Source: Octopus sinensis | Taxonomy: Eukaryota | DNA length: 64,000 bases | Assembly (NCBI RefSeq): GCF_006345805.1 | Contig: NC_043006.1 | Coordinates: 6,944,001-7,008,000, forward strand | Direction of reading: 5' to 3' | Shown: piece after piece, positions 1 to 13,990 of the stretch | How the letters are laid out: each line of letters starts with the position of its first letter | Numbering within the stretch: the stretch's first letter is position 1 | The notes under the pieces: generated by a model | Database searches by the model: none | Seen by the model: only the letters and a program-made list of their open reading frames with translations | What the model was told of the DNA's origin: nothing | Program-made: the position numbers and the translations under genes

Positions 1-1485
1 AATTGAGTAAAAATTACTTGTTTATGAACTAACGCTGGAACTTTAACATATTCTGTTATGTTACTGAGCAAAAACGGAAACTATCGTACTTATCTAATTA
101 CATATGTTTAAATTATACCAATATCTCACCGATGGTTGTTTGAACAACGAAATAGCCTTGTATATTTGTCTGTCTCATAACCTCACTTCTTTTGATTAGA
201 TTTTTTAATTATCTGATCAGTCTTGTCATAATTATTAATTTCTGATGAGGTAGACATTAAATGATGGCAAGGTATCAATGATGGTGACTTTTTCACTTTA
301 TCTAAAGATAACTAGATAGACATACGTCTATATTTTATAGACGGACATAAAAGTCGTTTAAAACATTGCCTACAAATTATTAATACATTTACTTATAAAG
401 TAACAGCTTTCATTAGCTTTAGACAATTTTGTTTTAATATTCTTCCCATTATTAACTTATCTTTCGAAACATATTAGAAGGTTACTGCTAAGTCAAAGAA
501 TGTTTGCCAATGAATCTCTTGTATCGCTTGTATAACACGTATCGCTTGACTATTTTTTACACAAAATCATTTATTTATTTACATTTTATTACCATAATGT
601 CATATACACGCAGTCATGTACACACATATCTGTGTATATGTGTATGTTTTATGCACATCTGCCATTGCTATCGTTTTACTTCTATTTTATAGGTATAGAT
701 GTGTGGATGATATGATACTGAAATATGAAATAAATTTTCTTATCTATTAACTTAGGAGTTTCAACATAAATAGTAACATAAAATTCATAGGAGATTTCAT
801 GTCACACTGAAGTATTTTATCATCGAATTTTCGAATTCTGAAGAATTAGTTAAACTGCAGAAATCAAAGTTTCACACATCAAGTCTGTCGCTATTTTAAC
901 TATAAAACGCCACTTAAAATGCTTAAAAATAATGATGGTCCGACAAGATGAATTCATAATAACTATCATGTATAAAGTTTAATTCTGTTGAAAAGTTACA
1001 AGGTAACAAATTTCAGTTTCTATCAAGTACTTCGACGTCTTACCAACACGTCTACAACCTATCACATGCAATGAGACTTAGAAAGCATGATTATTATTAA
1101 TAGTTCACAGCATTTTACCACAAGTTAGAAAACAGCTACCTTTTAATCAATTTAGGTGTTTTGATAAGTGCTTTTTAAGTTTTGTTTAGTGTTTGTAAAT
1201 TGTGTTATTTGATAACGCATCATTTATTAGAAAATGTGTGAGGATAAGAAATGTGTTTCTCTCTCCTCGCTAAAAGGGCAGTTAAAACTATTTCTAAGGA
1301 TAGAATGTAAAAGAAACGATATAGTAATCAAAGTGGGTGTAAATACCAACAATACATGTCTGTAAAAATACATTTTATTTTTTCTAAAATTTTTGTTCTT
1401 CCGGCTTATGTTATTCCCAGCAAGATTATACTTGATAAGCAAGCAGATATTTAAACATATGTTTCTATATTTGCGCACGACTTAC

Positions 1486-1548
1486 CAAAAATGCTAAACG
1501 CAAAGCGCTGTTCATTGTTGTGAATTAAATATAAGGAAACTACTATAT
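1486..1548 (-). CDS. Candidate small host exon (unconfirmed)
   Basis: Minus strand: polypyrimidine acceptor ttttttcatcttccag, 63 nt, donor TTG|gtaagt. Open as a phase1-1 exon (IVVSLYLIHNNEQRFAFSIF) or as 5'UTR plus ATG at 1515 (MNSALRLAFL). No homology recognised. Confidence 0.25.
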
Positions 1549-2682
1549 CTGGAAGATGAAAAAAATTGCATGAGAGCGTACTTTTTGGTATTCTTACGTG
1601 TTTTGATTTAATGAAAAGCTGGAAGTCAATAAACACAAAATAGATTACATAATCTAATGGTTTTGAAATCTTCAAATAGCAAAATTAAATCTCGACCCCA
1701 GCTATATTACATAACGTTTTAGTAAGTGTAGTAGTTGAGGTAATATTTTAATGATGACACAATACTAGATAGAATATTAGTGTCTCTGTATTGGTCATCG
1801 TGTAAACAACCATAAAGTTGCTTCACCTATTAGAAGTAACAGATTATAAATCATATTACATTTAGGTTTCAATAAAAAAAAAAATCATGCAGCAAACACG
1901 AACAATAAAAACAATTACAAATGCTACAAATGTACACAAACACACACACAGACGTAAACAAGCATATGTGTATATTGTATACATGCACACCTAAATAAGT
2001 ATACGTCTGTTTGTTTATGTCTGTGTGTTTGATTGTGTCTATGTGTACGCCTGTGTACATATATAACATTTGTTATTACTTTTACTACCAATGTTTGCTT
2101 CAAGATTTCAGTATAATACGATATAATATTTGTTACCTCTAACAGATGAAGCATCTTCGTGGTCGTTCACACACGATGATTTTTATGTGTTTCGGTCGTT
2201 GGGACACCGCAAGAGTTTAAGTCAAATAAATTCTATAACTTGTGTTTTCAAGTGTATTACGTATTTTATCGGTCATTTTGTCAGAACACTTTATATTATA
2301 GGAGTACAAACTTACAGATACCAGTTGTGAGGCAGTAAAACGTGATAAACAGAAACAGAAAACATGGTGTAAAACAATGTAATCTTCTCTTCAAGGAAAT
2401 GAAGAAACGAAACTCGTCAATAAGACATTTTAACAGAATACGTTGGATAAGTATAGCGATTAACTGAACGCTATTAAGTTTGGTTAAAAAAAAACGTTAG
2501 AGGATATAAAGTCAACGGTAGCCTATAGAAAGAGGAGAGGTTAAGGAAAGAAAAAAACAAATAAACGAGAAGTATATAACGATATGTAAATTAAAGAAAA
2601 CCCTACAGTCTGGGAAAAATATATATCTATTGAATATGGTCACACACACACACACACACACATAAATATATGTATATATATA

Positions 2683-2770
2683 TACATACATACATACATA
2701 CATACATACATACATACATACATACATACATACATACATACATCCATACATACATACATACATACATACA

Positions 2771-2800
<30 letters not shown>
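2683..2800. repeat. (CATA)n microsatellite
   Basis: Direct reading; explains ORF 2512..2832. Confidence 0.95.
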
Positions 2801-2803
<3 letters not shown>

Positions 2804-3845
2804 GTGTCTGGGGTTTTTGTTGCAGTAGTCATAATTTATTAAATTTCAACATAAATTCCAAAGAGCTGATTCGATGAATCGTTACGTGTCATAGTCTACT
2901 AAGCTGTATAATCAATTCTCAGTTCGCTGTGAATTTATTTGAAATAAAGTTGTTTATCTCTTATATCTGAATAAAAATAACTATTATGACTTAACCACGA
3001 TCATGTAAATTTTAAAAAAATAATAAAGCTAGAAAATATGAGGTATGGTGTGTTTCCCGTGTTAAAAGCTGTATGCCATTCACATTTGTGGTTAGATTTT
3101 TTTCCGTTTTAATATTGGCTACATTTGTCGTTTTCGAGTAACTGAAAATTGTCAAGTGATTAAATTACTGATTATTATCATCATATATAGTAACATATTT
3201 AGCTGTTTTTAAATAAAATATACATCGAATATGCAGAAACACCACAGAAAATGCTTTAAAAAAATGGCAAACGTTAACACATAGAACTAAGACTTATTTT
3301 TTTGCAGCTTGTAGACATTCAATGTAACAAGAGGAAATGAAAAAAGTAAACTAGTCATTTGCCTTATGTAATTTCAGTTTATTCTAATTCCCACAAGACC
3401 TAATATTGTTAGGGATGCTATATGGTATAAAGTTCAGAATAATACATCGATCTAATTCATAGACATATCCTGCTTATGAATTTTAAATAATTGAGAAAAT
3501 ATACAAATTAGTGGCGAGAATACGCTCATAACTAAAGTAATTGTTATACTTTCAAGTTGGAAATTATGTGTACTGTGTCTATTGACTTTGAATGTTTCTT
3601 CCGATGATTTGTAACCAGAGGGCGATGAGAAGAGATTAAACATTTCGCTGAGAATTAGAATAGGAATTTTACTGAATTTGTCATATAATTGCGGTGATAT
3701 AAATAACTAGAATAACTAAAGTGACGGAAATAAGAATAGGCGTTAGGGAATCTATTAAAATTGTGCAAAGGAAATATCTGAAGGAAAACCTATTCATATT
3801 CGCAAATCCAATATTATAGGATTTCTAGAAATATATATATATATA

Positions 3846-4080
3846 TATTTCTTTACTACCCACAAGGGGCTAAAAACACAGAGGGGACAAACAAGGACAG
3901 ACAAAGAGATTAAGTCGATTACATCGACCCCAGTGCGTAACTGGTACTTAATTTATCGACCCCGAAAGGATGAAACGCAAAGTCGACCTCGGCGGAAATT
4001 GAACTCGGAACGTAACGACAGACCAAATACGGCTACGCAGGTCGCCCGGCGTGCTAACGTTTCTGCCAGCTCGCCGCCTT
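3846..4080 (-). mobile_element. tRNA-derived SINE, family B (head AGGCGGCGAGCTGGCAGAAACGTTAG, tail GTGGGTAGTAAAGAAATA), copy 1 of a local tandem duplication
   Basis: A-box-like GGCGAGCTGGCAGAA, B-box-like GAGTTCAATTTCC, central GCCGAGGTCGACTTTGCGTTTCATCCTTTCGGGGTCGATAAATTAAGTACCAG; more than 10 related copies in the window. Confidence 0.9.
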
Positions 4081-4173
4081 TATATATATGTATGCATTCC
4101 GATATGCGTATGTATGCGGCTATCTCCCACTCTCCCACTCTCTCACTCTCTCTTTTCCTTTCTTTCTATCTTC

Positions 4174-4266
<93 letters not shown>

Positions 4267-4273
4267 TTATATA

Positions 4274-4508
4274 TATTTCTTTACTACCCACAAGGGGCTA
4301 AAAACACAGAGGGGACAAACAAGGACAGACAAAGAGATTAAGTCGATTACATCGACCCCAGTGCGTAACTGGTACTTAATTTATCGACCCCGAAAGGATG
4401 AAACGCAAAGTCGACCTCGGCGGAAATTGAACTCGGAACGTAACGACAGACCAAATACGGCTACGCAGGTCGCCCGGCGTGCTAACGTTTCTGCCAGCTC
4501 GCCGCCTT
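4274..4508 (-). mobile_element. SINE family B, copy 2 of the 428-bp tandem duplication
   Basis: Identical to 3846-4080, including private variants and flanking unique sequence. Confidence 0.9.
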
Positions 4509-4593
4509 TATATATATGTATGCATTCCGATATGCGTATGTATGCGGCTATCTCCCACTCTCTCACTCTCTCTTTTCCTTTCTTTCTATCTTC

Positions 4594-4738
<145 letters not shown>

Positions 4739-4747
4739 CGTAAGTTA

Positions 4748-5110
4748 CAATTGATGGACAGGTGCCAATTCATTACCACCGTTTCTAACGAATTTTAAAA
4801 ATTGATTAATGAGTATATTATACCATTATAAAAACCGCTTTCTTCAGATGAATGCATGGATGTTACAACCAAGGACACTTAAAAACAAATTTAGAATCTA
4901 AGGTACATACATATTTAGTGGTTCTACGACTGAGACCTTGCCGCAGAATCACTAGTATCACTAAATATGTATGTGCCGTGGATTTGAAATGATATTGAAT
5001 GTTCTTGATTGTAACATCCAATGTATTCATGTGAAGAAGACAGTCTTTTATAATGATATAATGTACTCATTTGTTAGAACGGCGGTAATGAATTGACACC
5101 TGTCCAATTG
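4748..5110. mobile_element. Foldback MITE-like element with long inverted arms
   Basis: 4748-4920 is the approximate reverse complement of 4959-5110, e.g. ggtacatacatatttagtg / cactaaatatgtatgtgcc and ggacaggtgccaattcattacc / ggtaatgaattgacacctgtcc; 38-nt central loop. Confidence 0.8.
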
Positions 5111-5367
5111 TCATTCACCTACCTTGGAATATGACCCTCGCGTATTTCATGCACTGTATATTTAATAAAACATACATGTCTGAAAAAATCTAGAGTGGAT
5201 TTTAATTACTTAGGTCCAATTAACGGCATATATAATTCTGCCAGTACCAAGGTTGTTATTCATCTATAACTCTTGTGTGTGCATTTTTTTCCGACTTAAG
5301 TAGGCGTCTCACCTTTAAGTATCTTATTCATCTGAATCATATGTACCTATGTGAATATATCTATTTA

Positions 5368-5451
<84 letters not shown>

Positions 5452-5457
5452 CATAAA

Positions 5458-5784
5458 TGGTTAATGACAGGAACGAAGCTGGAAGCTTCAAGAATATTTA
5501 TTAATCCCTACAATTGTTTCGACGCATGTAGCATCGATCTCTCACGGGTAGGATGCTTAATAACTAGTTTAGGGACATCCGGTTGTGTAGATGTGTCTCT
5601 TCGCGTGATAAATGGATATAACTCTTTAAAAGAACAGTTCCACAAGTTATCTTCTCATTTAAAGGATACAGCTTCAGTTATATAGAAGATCAATAATAAA
5701 AATAACACACTAGATGGGTCGAAACAATTGTAGCGAATAATAAATATTCTTGTATCTTCCATCTCCCGTCTCTCTCATTAACCA
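5458..5784. mobile_element. Short element beside a (TA)n tract, with inverted terminal arms (Penelope pLTR-like)
   Basis: 5458-5523 and 5718-5784 are inverted copies (35-bp core with 2 mismatches); each carries GTCGAAACAATTGTAG. Confidence 0.6.
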
Positions 5785-6488
5785 ACTACACAACCAAAAC
5801 TGTGAAAGTGTAGGTGCTTTATCGGTAAGCTACCCACTATAAACCATCCGAATTGTTAATATATATAAGTATGTATATACACATATTTGTATATGCATAC
5901 ATACACAAAAACTTACAAACATGTACACACATACTGACATGTTTACATACATACATAGATGCATGCATACAAACATACAAACGAAGGAATTCACGAATAT
6001 AAGTGAAGCAATTCTAAATTTCGCTATATTAGCTATTTATATGGAAGAGGTATTGTCTTACAAACGAATGTGGACCATCAGAATCGGAAACCAATATCTG
6101 ATTGCAAGCAATAGCTAGTAATAAAGCAAACATTTATTAAAGACAACAAAAAGGACACAAACATCTGATTATAGCTTTGAGCTGTGACTGAAGCATCTTT
6201 CATCGCTAACACCCACTCCTGAATATTACAGACAGCACATCGGTTAGACTGTATAAAAATAGATAACATCAAATATCACTAAAAGATAAAGATTGCACAA
6301 TAGAAAGATGTGTTGTCCCCAATAGAGCAGTTTTTTCAAGAAATTCATTCAACCCTATTTTGTCTGGATACAAGTGATATAAATATGAAAATTAATAATA
6401 CTAACATTTTATTTATCTTTAAATTATGCAATGTAGGAACATTCCAAACATATTGGTTTCTATATTTTTGTGATTCTCAAGTATCAGT

Positions 6489-6709
6489 TGGCAGGAACGT
6501 TAGCACGCCAGGCGAAATGCATAGCCGTATTTCGTCTGTCGTTACATTCCGAGTTCAAATTCTGCCGAGGTCGACTTTGCCTTTTATCCTTTCGGGGTCG
6601 ATAAATGATGTACCAGTTACGCAGTGGGGTCGATGTAATCGACTTAAACCCTTTGTCTGTCCTTGTTTGACCCCTCTGTGTTTAGCCCCTTGTGGGTAGT
6701 AAAGAAATA
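6489..6709 (+). mobile_element. SINE family B
   Basis: Same head, core and AAAGAAATA tail as the other copies. Confidence 0.9.
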
Positions 6710-7141
6710 TATTTAAAATTCATGACTTTTTATAATTGCATCTTGTACTTCGAATATCTAGAATAACTTGAACAGATTCTCTTTCTTGAATTTGAAACCT
6801 GGTTTACTTCTTTAATGCCTCCATATAGATACAAATACGTATTGGTGCAACAACATTTTTATCTACACTAAAGAGATCTATTTATCTCTTAAATTACCAA
6901 GAGATTCTGAAGAATCACTTGCTGTGTGTTAAGAAACAAACTCTTAGCTCATTTTAGTCCAGGACCTCCAATCCAGTGGTTATTTCCATCGCACTCTTAG
7001 TATCTTCATTGAATACCATTTAGGAAAGCACTAAGTTGAAGAACCCTCTATCATTTTGAACTCTAAAAAATTACGTAAACAGGACACACATATACATATA
7101 TATGTATATATGTATACATAGACAGACAGACAGACAGATAA

Positions 7142-7178
<37 letters not shown>

Positions 7179-10100
7179 GAGAGATAAACATATCTTTTGT
7201 TTATATTAGTTGATATCCGTGGGTATTCATACTTTCACAAATTGTCCTTCGCTGGACATTGTAGTTGTTTCTCACGTGCATCTTTTTCATGTTTTTCAGA
7301 AAATTTCGTTCAGGATTTTAAGAAACAAAGAAAATATATATCTTATTTTTCATCCCATTTAAGTATGAATTGAATATCCCTGTTCTTAAGAATGTTATGT
7401 AAGGGAAAATTTTCAATAAATATTCAATAAATATTCCACCGTTACATAATTTGGAACGCCCTATAAACACGTCCGATTTACTCGGGAGAGTATAACAATC
7501 GCAATGGCCCTCGATATAAGTATAAAGACAGTGTTTTTGAGGAGAGGGTGTTAATTGATACCTTCCAGCTCAGTAATACTATTTCATTTTATCGACATCT
7601 GGATGACGGACGAAAAACAAAAGTGTGTCGTCGTGATTTCAATTTAGAACGTAAAGAGTCGGAGGAAATGCGGCAATGATTTTTCCGATGCTCTATCGAT
7701 TAAGCTTACTCATCGCTTGTATAATAATAGTTCCTATTTAAGGCACAAGACCAGTAGTTTTCGTGGCAGAGGAGTAGTCAATGCCATAGAACACTCAGTA
7801 CGTGACTAGTACATTATATTATCTAATCTGTGTAGAATTCGAACCGAAAAAGTAAAGGACCAGAACAAATGCCATAGAGCATTTTGTCCTTCGTTTAAGC
7901 GATTCTGTCAAGTATTTAACATGCTCATACATGCAACAAGCAGAATTTCAGCTAGCTGTTCTGTCTCTGTCTTTTATAAAGAATGTCATGTTCTAATGCT
8001 TCCGAATAGCATATCGCATTTCATGTTTTATCTCTGATAAAATATCAATATAGTCATATAAATCGCAAACCTACACATGGAAGTATATGCCATGATGATG
8101 ATTTTATATAAATAGCATATATATATATATATATATATATCCTATAGCAATAATCTTACAGTAGGCTGTTAGAGACGATGATTATATAAACGTATATCTT
8201 GGGAACGTCATGAAGCGCGTAAAATTCGAAATTTGATTTATTTTTGATGTCTAAGTGTTGGAAAGATAAACCGTGCAGTATCCTGTAACTTATATTACAT
8301 TAGATACAAAAAATTCTGAAATTACTTTTATATCAATTTTATACGTAATAAGACCATGGAAAATGCATTAATCTTGCTGTAAATTCTAATGATATACTTG
8401 TCACTTACATATATTTTCTGCTACTTTTCTAGAAATCATTTATATTCCACGTGAAAATTGAGAAATACTTTGATACAATAACTCACGCCTGTGTGCTGAA
8501 AGAATTCATAGTATTTTGAAAGCAACAATTCCAGTGAGCTTAATTTTTTCTATTTATTGTTTTAAAGCAATTGAAATCCAACTTGAATTTACATTATGCT
8601 TTAGTTGCTATGGTAAATCAATTGATCATATCTACTTCTATTAGTACAGGTTTTAATTGATTGAAAATAATAATTTTAATCTGTTAATAAGAATGACAGG
8701 TTTTATTTTTTACCCTCGTATATCTTGAAGAATTCGTATGCCATGAACATAAATCATCATAAGTTCCGAATTCACTCCTGCTGAGTAAAATAGAAACGAT
8801 ACTTCTTAATGACGTATAAAACTGTATTATTCATGATACCCCTAGAGCCATGATTGTGGGAAAAATCTGCCTTAGAGGTAACCTGAAGAAATAACTCGGT
8901 TGGATCTAACCTTCACTTATGACTGTGCGGTAACTACTACTAATAATAAAAATGCCAACAATAGTTACACCACTATAAAAAAATTATTTCGTCTCTAATT
9001 ACGTTTTGAAAATTAAATGTTCTCGATATATACAATATGTGAATATAACTTAAATTTCTGTAGCATCGATTTCAAAAACCATATTATTTGTATCCTTATA
9101 CAGATGTACGGTGGTTAGAAGTGATACCAAATGCAGCAACCCAAATGTTTTTATAGTTAAATAAGCGTTACCATCGCGAAAGTAAAATGAGAGCTCTAGA
9201 TGGGGCACGCATGTGTATAGAGAACGATTCAGTCACGTGAGTTCAATCCATATCGTAGTTCTGAGGTCTCGTGCAGTTGATGAAGGTTTTGTTATTGACC
9301 CACAAAAAAGAATTTGTTTTTTAATTACAGAATCCAAGGATGGTAATTTTCGCGAATACTTCTAATCAGAAATAATTTCATATACTGAAGATCTCATATG
9401 TGGCACCTTCTTTGAGGAATAATAGCAATGACTTGCCTTTGCATTGATCTCCAAATGTTATTCCAGCATATTAGGCTTCATTGAGAACAGTAATTGTGAA
9501 AACATTTTGAAAGTTACTCCATCTAGTTTATCGCCTATTTGATTTTGTTGTAAGCTGACTCCAAACGAATCAATAACGATTCATAATGTTTCTTCATGGA
9601 TCTTGATAAAAGAATATTGTTAAAATACTTCATAATTTCTATGAAAATAATAATACAGAATGAAAGTGAAAATACGGATCAAAGCCTCGATGTGAATCTG
9701 TTACGCGCAGATTTTTTGTGTTTAGCTTTAGAAGGCGGAAGGAAAAATTATGAGAAGCTGGAATCAGATTTGAACGCAAGTTCAATTTTTCGACAGACTA
9801 GACGACTACTTCTGAGATACAAATGTTATAGTCCAGTCTGCCGCGAGCCCACTGTGCCTCAGAGGCGTAAATGATAACTATTAAAAATAAATATCTACTT
9901 TACAACGATAATGGCTTCTAAAATCATTTGTTTTTTTTTTACCATTTTCAACAATATTGGCAACGTCACAAAAATATCCATCACAAAATTTGTAATATAT
10001 GGTAAATATTGCTCAAGCAACCCACACATTTGAGGCACACATTTGCGTTTAAGATATGATTTGAAAAATACAGAATAGATTAAGAATTCTGTAGCTGTTT

Positions 10101-11008
10101 CCTTATAAACCCTATTTTCTCAAATTTCGTCAAAATGTATATATTAAAAAAATTCCCTTCATTCCATAATGACTGATGAAGAGAATAACGGATACTGACG
10201 TTTACAGCGAAGTCGTTTAAAACCATCTTAGACAACGAGAAAACGATTAAAACCAATGGAATTACTATTCTGCAAAGGAATACATCCGAAAAACAACATA
10301 TGATAGTGTTCTAATGTACAGCCCTGCCGTTGAATTCTTATGACGCTTCTGTAAATAAATAAATAAAAAGAACCATAAAAATACTTTTATAAGTTTATAT
10401 GCTTCTCAAATTACATACATATTGTTTTGTAGGAGCTACTGATGTTATTATCAACTCATTTAAATTCCAAAACCAAGCGGAGATTATTCTTCGCCAAATT
10501 TACAATTCAATATTCTGCTCTGCAATTGAAAAATTATTGAATATTAGATTAGAATATTAGAAAATATATGTCATTATTTGTTATTTTTCAAATTCATTCT
10601 CGCAAATTTCGCAAAGAAATTCTATCATTAAAAAACTCACCTTCATTCATTCAATAAAGATAAAAGAATTTAATAATGAATGATATTCCAAATGAGGATG
10701 TTACATTACAACCTGCTTCATATAAATTGTAAAATTTTATATTTTATAAAGAATTCTAATCAGGTTCTAACGTCACTCCTCATTTGCGATATCATTATTT
10801 TCTATTTACCAAACAAATACTTTAGATTAAAACTCTCTTGCAGCGTTTGCAATCAGTAAAAGACATTATTATTTCATGATAACGAACACCAGATATCTGA
10901 AATACGTTATACATATTTACAACAACTAAAGAGATATAAAATCATACATCGGCTTATGTCAGAGACTAATTCAGTGGGCGAGTCTGTAAAATGAAATCGT
11001 TTAAAACG

Positions 11009-11036
<28 letters not shown>

Positions 11037-11042
<6 letters not shown>

Positions 11043-11142
11043 ATCAAGTGATCGACCAGGCTACACATCACTGGTCACAATGCGCTTCGCATTGTTTTAG
11101 CCTTCAAATGACGCCACCCCGCTGGCTAAGCGAGCAGGCCAA
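11037..11142 (-). mobile_element. SINE family C, 3' tail fragment within (TA)n
   Basis: Matches the tail of 51080-51384 and 56261-56572. Confidence 0.85.
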
Positions 11143-11254
11143 TATATATATATATATATATACTTTATATAATTAGGGTTCAGCAAAAAAAAATTGCTTT
11201 ACCACACACCGAACTTTTAGAAATATATATATATATATATATATATAGTCTATT

Positions 11255-11470
11255 GTGTCTGAGGAGAGCAATTTTCTTTTTGTGCCTTATTATGTAACAC
11301 ACTCACCGGTAAAATTTCCACGTTTTTTAATTGTCCTAAAAGTTTCGTTGCTTCTTGCAACCTTTTCAATAGTTCTGACTCTGTCCGTCATTCACACTGC
11401 GTTCCCTTTTGTTTGTTTCAACACACGAACTCATATAAAGAATCTTGCAAACCAAATCCCCAAACGAAAG
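11255..11470. mobile_element. (TA)n-embedded short element, same family as 25240-25882; decayed hammerhead at 11336-11372 (-)
   Basis: Shared segments gtcattttctttttgtgcctt...caccggtaaaattt and ttcaacacacgaa...aaacgaaa. Confidence 0.7.
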
Positions 11471-11483
11471 ATATATATAGTAC

Positions 11484-11566
<83 letters not shown>

Positions 11567-12461
11567 GTGTGTGTGTATAGTACTAGGTAGGTTCCACTGA
11601 GTAGACATATGTACAAAAGTAAGTCCTCCATATTTCCACGTTTTCCCACTCTACCTTTCTTCAGTGAATAGCATAGATGAAGTACGGATAAACAAAGAAA
11701 ATACTTTCATATCAAAAATAAAACCAAGACTTAACAGAGCACATGCACAAGTAACCATTCACACACAAAACTCATTTTGCCATTTAACATGAGAAATCTA
11801 CACAGCTAACAACCTAAACTTTAGCCACTGGCTATATACAATCGACTCATGTCCACACTCCTACCTAGCAGGTTAAATCTAGAGCCCCTTGACTGTAAAC
11901 TGTTCAGTCGGCCGTGTCGGTCTTAATTTTCGGCGCAAAATATAGGATCACCTAATACTAACGCAAGGACGTAGAGGCAAACATACAAACGGCTCTAACT
12001 TTAATCAACCCTTTCATTCTCCACAACGTTTGACAGAAAACATTCAGAGCAGTGATTGCTTGGTACTGTCGCTAGACGCGTTCACGCAGCTGTGTCAGTC
12101 TTGACTTACAACGCCACACATTGTCCGTCGACATTAACACATGGGCGTGGCGAGGAACTTACAAGACCAGTCATGTGATTATCCTCTACCAACCAAGTTT
12201 ATTCAAAACGCATACTACTTTGAGCCATATACTCCCTATAAAAATAGGACAAGCTAAAAACACTAGCCAGAAACAAAATAGTTGCATCAAAACCTACGTG
12301 TTTCATTCTCAATTTTTGAAAAATCAGTTTAAACTCTGAAACCGGTTAAATCTTTAAATATTAAAACGATTTAACTATTCTCAGTGCATTTTCAACTTCT
12401 ACTTTTACTATATGTTTACCAGAGTGGAATAAATAAATTTGTTGTATATATATATATATAT

Positions 12462-12753
12462 ATTACCATTCTCTACCATTCTCCTTTCTTTGACAGAACT
12501 ACTCTTCTGTCTTTGAAAACACCTTTCTTCACCCTTTCCTTCCGGTCTTTCAAAATGTTACCTCGTGTGTACCGTTGGCGATTTTTCTCCTCTGTCTTCC
12601 CTTCTCTGGATCTTTCCTTCTCCTATGTTTCCGATGAAGAGCTCCGCTCGAAACGTTAAACCCTCCTTCTTTCCTTCTTTCCTGAGCGTCCAATAATACT
12701 ATATTTGTTCCACGTCCTCGCGTTGTGTTTTTTTTGTGCTTTCTTGTTTGGAT

Positions 12754-12758
<5 letters not shown>
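12462..12758 (+). mobile_element. (TA)n-embedded short element, Penelope-tail-like
   Basis: Flanked on both sides by (TA)n; contains CCGATGAAGAGCTCCGCTCGAAACGTT. Confidence 0.65.
12627..12661 (+). ncRNA. Minimal type I hammerhead ribozyme motif (U4C, extra A after A9)
   Basis: GTTT|CCGATGA|A|GAGC TCC GCTC|GAAAC|GTT|AAAC: helix I GUUU/AAAC, helix II GAGC/GCUC, palindromic ACGU helix III. Confidence 0.6.
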
Positions 12759-12801
<43 letters not shown>

Positions 12802-13432
12802 GATAGATAGATAGATGAATTTCCAAATGTTCGATATACAATCCTAGATAGTGCCGTATTCGCTTTTACCAATCTATAATGGCTGATCTCAGTGAATGTA
12901 GATAAACTCCAGTTAGTTTATTCTACTATCCTCAGTAGATTTTCACATCTGTAAGTCTCTATACAGACTGCATTTTGTCGGCAGAGAAGAAACAATAAAT
13001 TAATAACTAAAAACAGAGATTTATATAGCCAGACTTTATTCTGCAGTTAAATACATTTTCCATTTTATTACCTGTATATATTTCTGCTACGAATTACAAA
13101 ATTACAGTGCACATTACAAAATTTTGCATTTTCGTGTGCACTTATGTGTTAATTACTGACGTCGCTTCTTCAGTGTACTGTTAGCTGCATTACATCTGAA
13201 TTAAACCAAGATATTTCGTACACCTGGTGTTAGTATTCTAAAAATAGTCTAAATTCTGACCTTTTCAACTCTGCTGGTTAGAAACAATAAGGGAGTTGCT
13301 GGCCGAAAATTGGTCAAAATTCAGCTAATGTATTTCATCACTATTCCACAGGTGAGTGTTTGTATTCGTATTGTGTATCAGGTTACTTAAGGTACGTTGA
13401 TGTTATTATTATTACTGTTATTATCATCCCCA

Positions 13433-13433
13433 T

Positions 13434-13472
<39 letters not shown>

Positions 13473-13557
13473 AACTACTACTACTACTACTACTACAACT
13501 ACTACTACTACCACTACTACTACTACTACAACTACTACTACTACTACTACAACAACA

Positions 13558-13589
<32 letters not shown>

Positions 13590-13590
13590 A

Positions 13591-13641
<51 letters not shown>

Positions 13642-13645
13642 ACTT
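13433..13645. repeat. (CTA)n/(CAA)/(CTG) compound trinucleotide repeat
   Basis: Direct reading; explains the poly-T, poly-V and poly-L ORFs. Confidence 0.95.
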
Positions 13646-13769
13646 CTATTCTTATTATTACTATTATTGTTAACAATGAGCTATTGGCCTATTATTTAAT
13701 TTGTCAATTTTATAATTGAATTAATTTTATTCCCTTACTGTTCTTTTCACACTTTTGAAAGCGTATATA

Positions 13770-13990
13770 AAAAGAAGAATTACTAATCACGAAAACTCAT
13801 TTACAGATAGCAATAAGAGTAAGACTACTAGTTTAAACAAATTTATTTGGTCTATAAAAGATAATAGTAAGGAATATAGTAGAGGTAAACCATATAGTAG
13901 AGTGTTGAAAACATTTACCAAAATACGAATTAATAAAGCATGGATGCGAATGCGTTGTAATGTCTTCATCGGTCTAAATACACGTTTAAT
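13770..13990 (+). pseudogene. Penelope-like element, GIY-YIG endonuclease C-terminal relic
   Basis: IKRRITNHENSFTDSNKSKTTSLNKFIWSIKDN resembles the R..NH.SSF....TSLSK.IW.LK segment of PLE endonucleases (from memory, not searched). Confidence 0.5.

Noticed and set aside
9596-9874. 92-aa ORF as a gene
   Set aside because: No motif, no splice support and AT-rich composition; consistent with a chance ORF.
13282-13351. Plus-strand exon candidate ending CAG|gtgagt
   Set aside because: Strong donor but weak acceptor, no recognisable peptide and no supporting neighbour exon.
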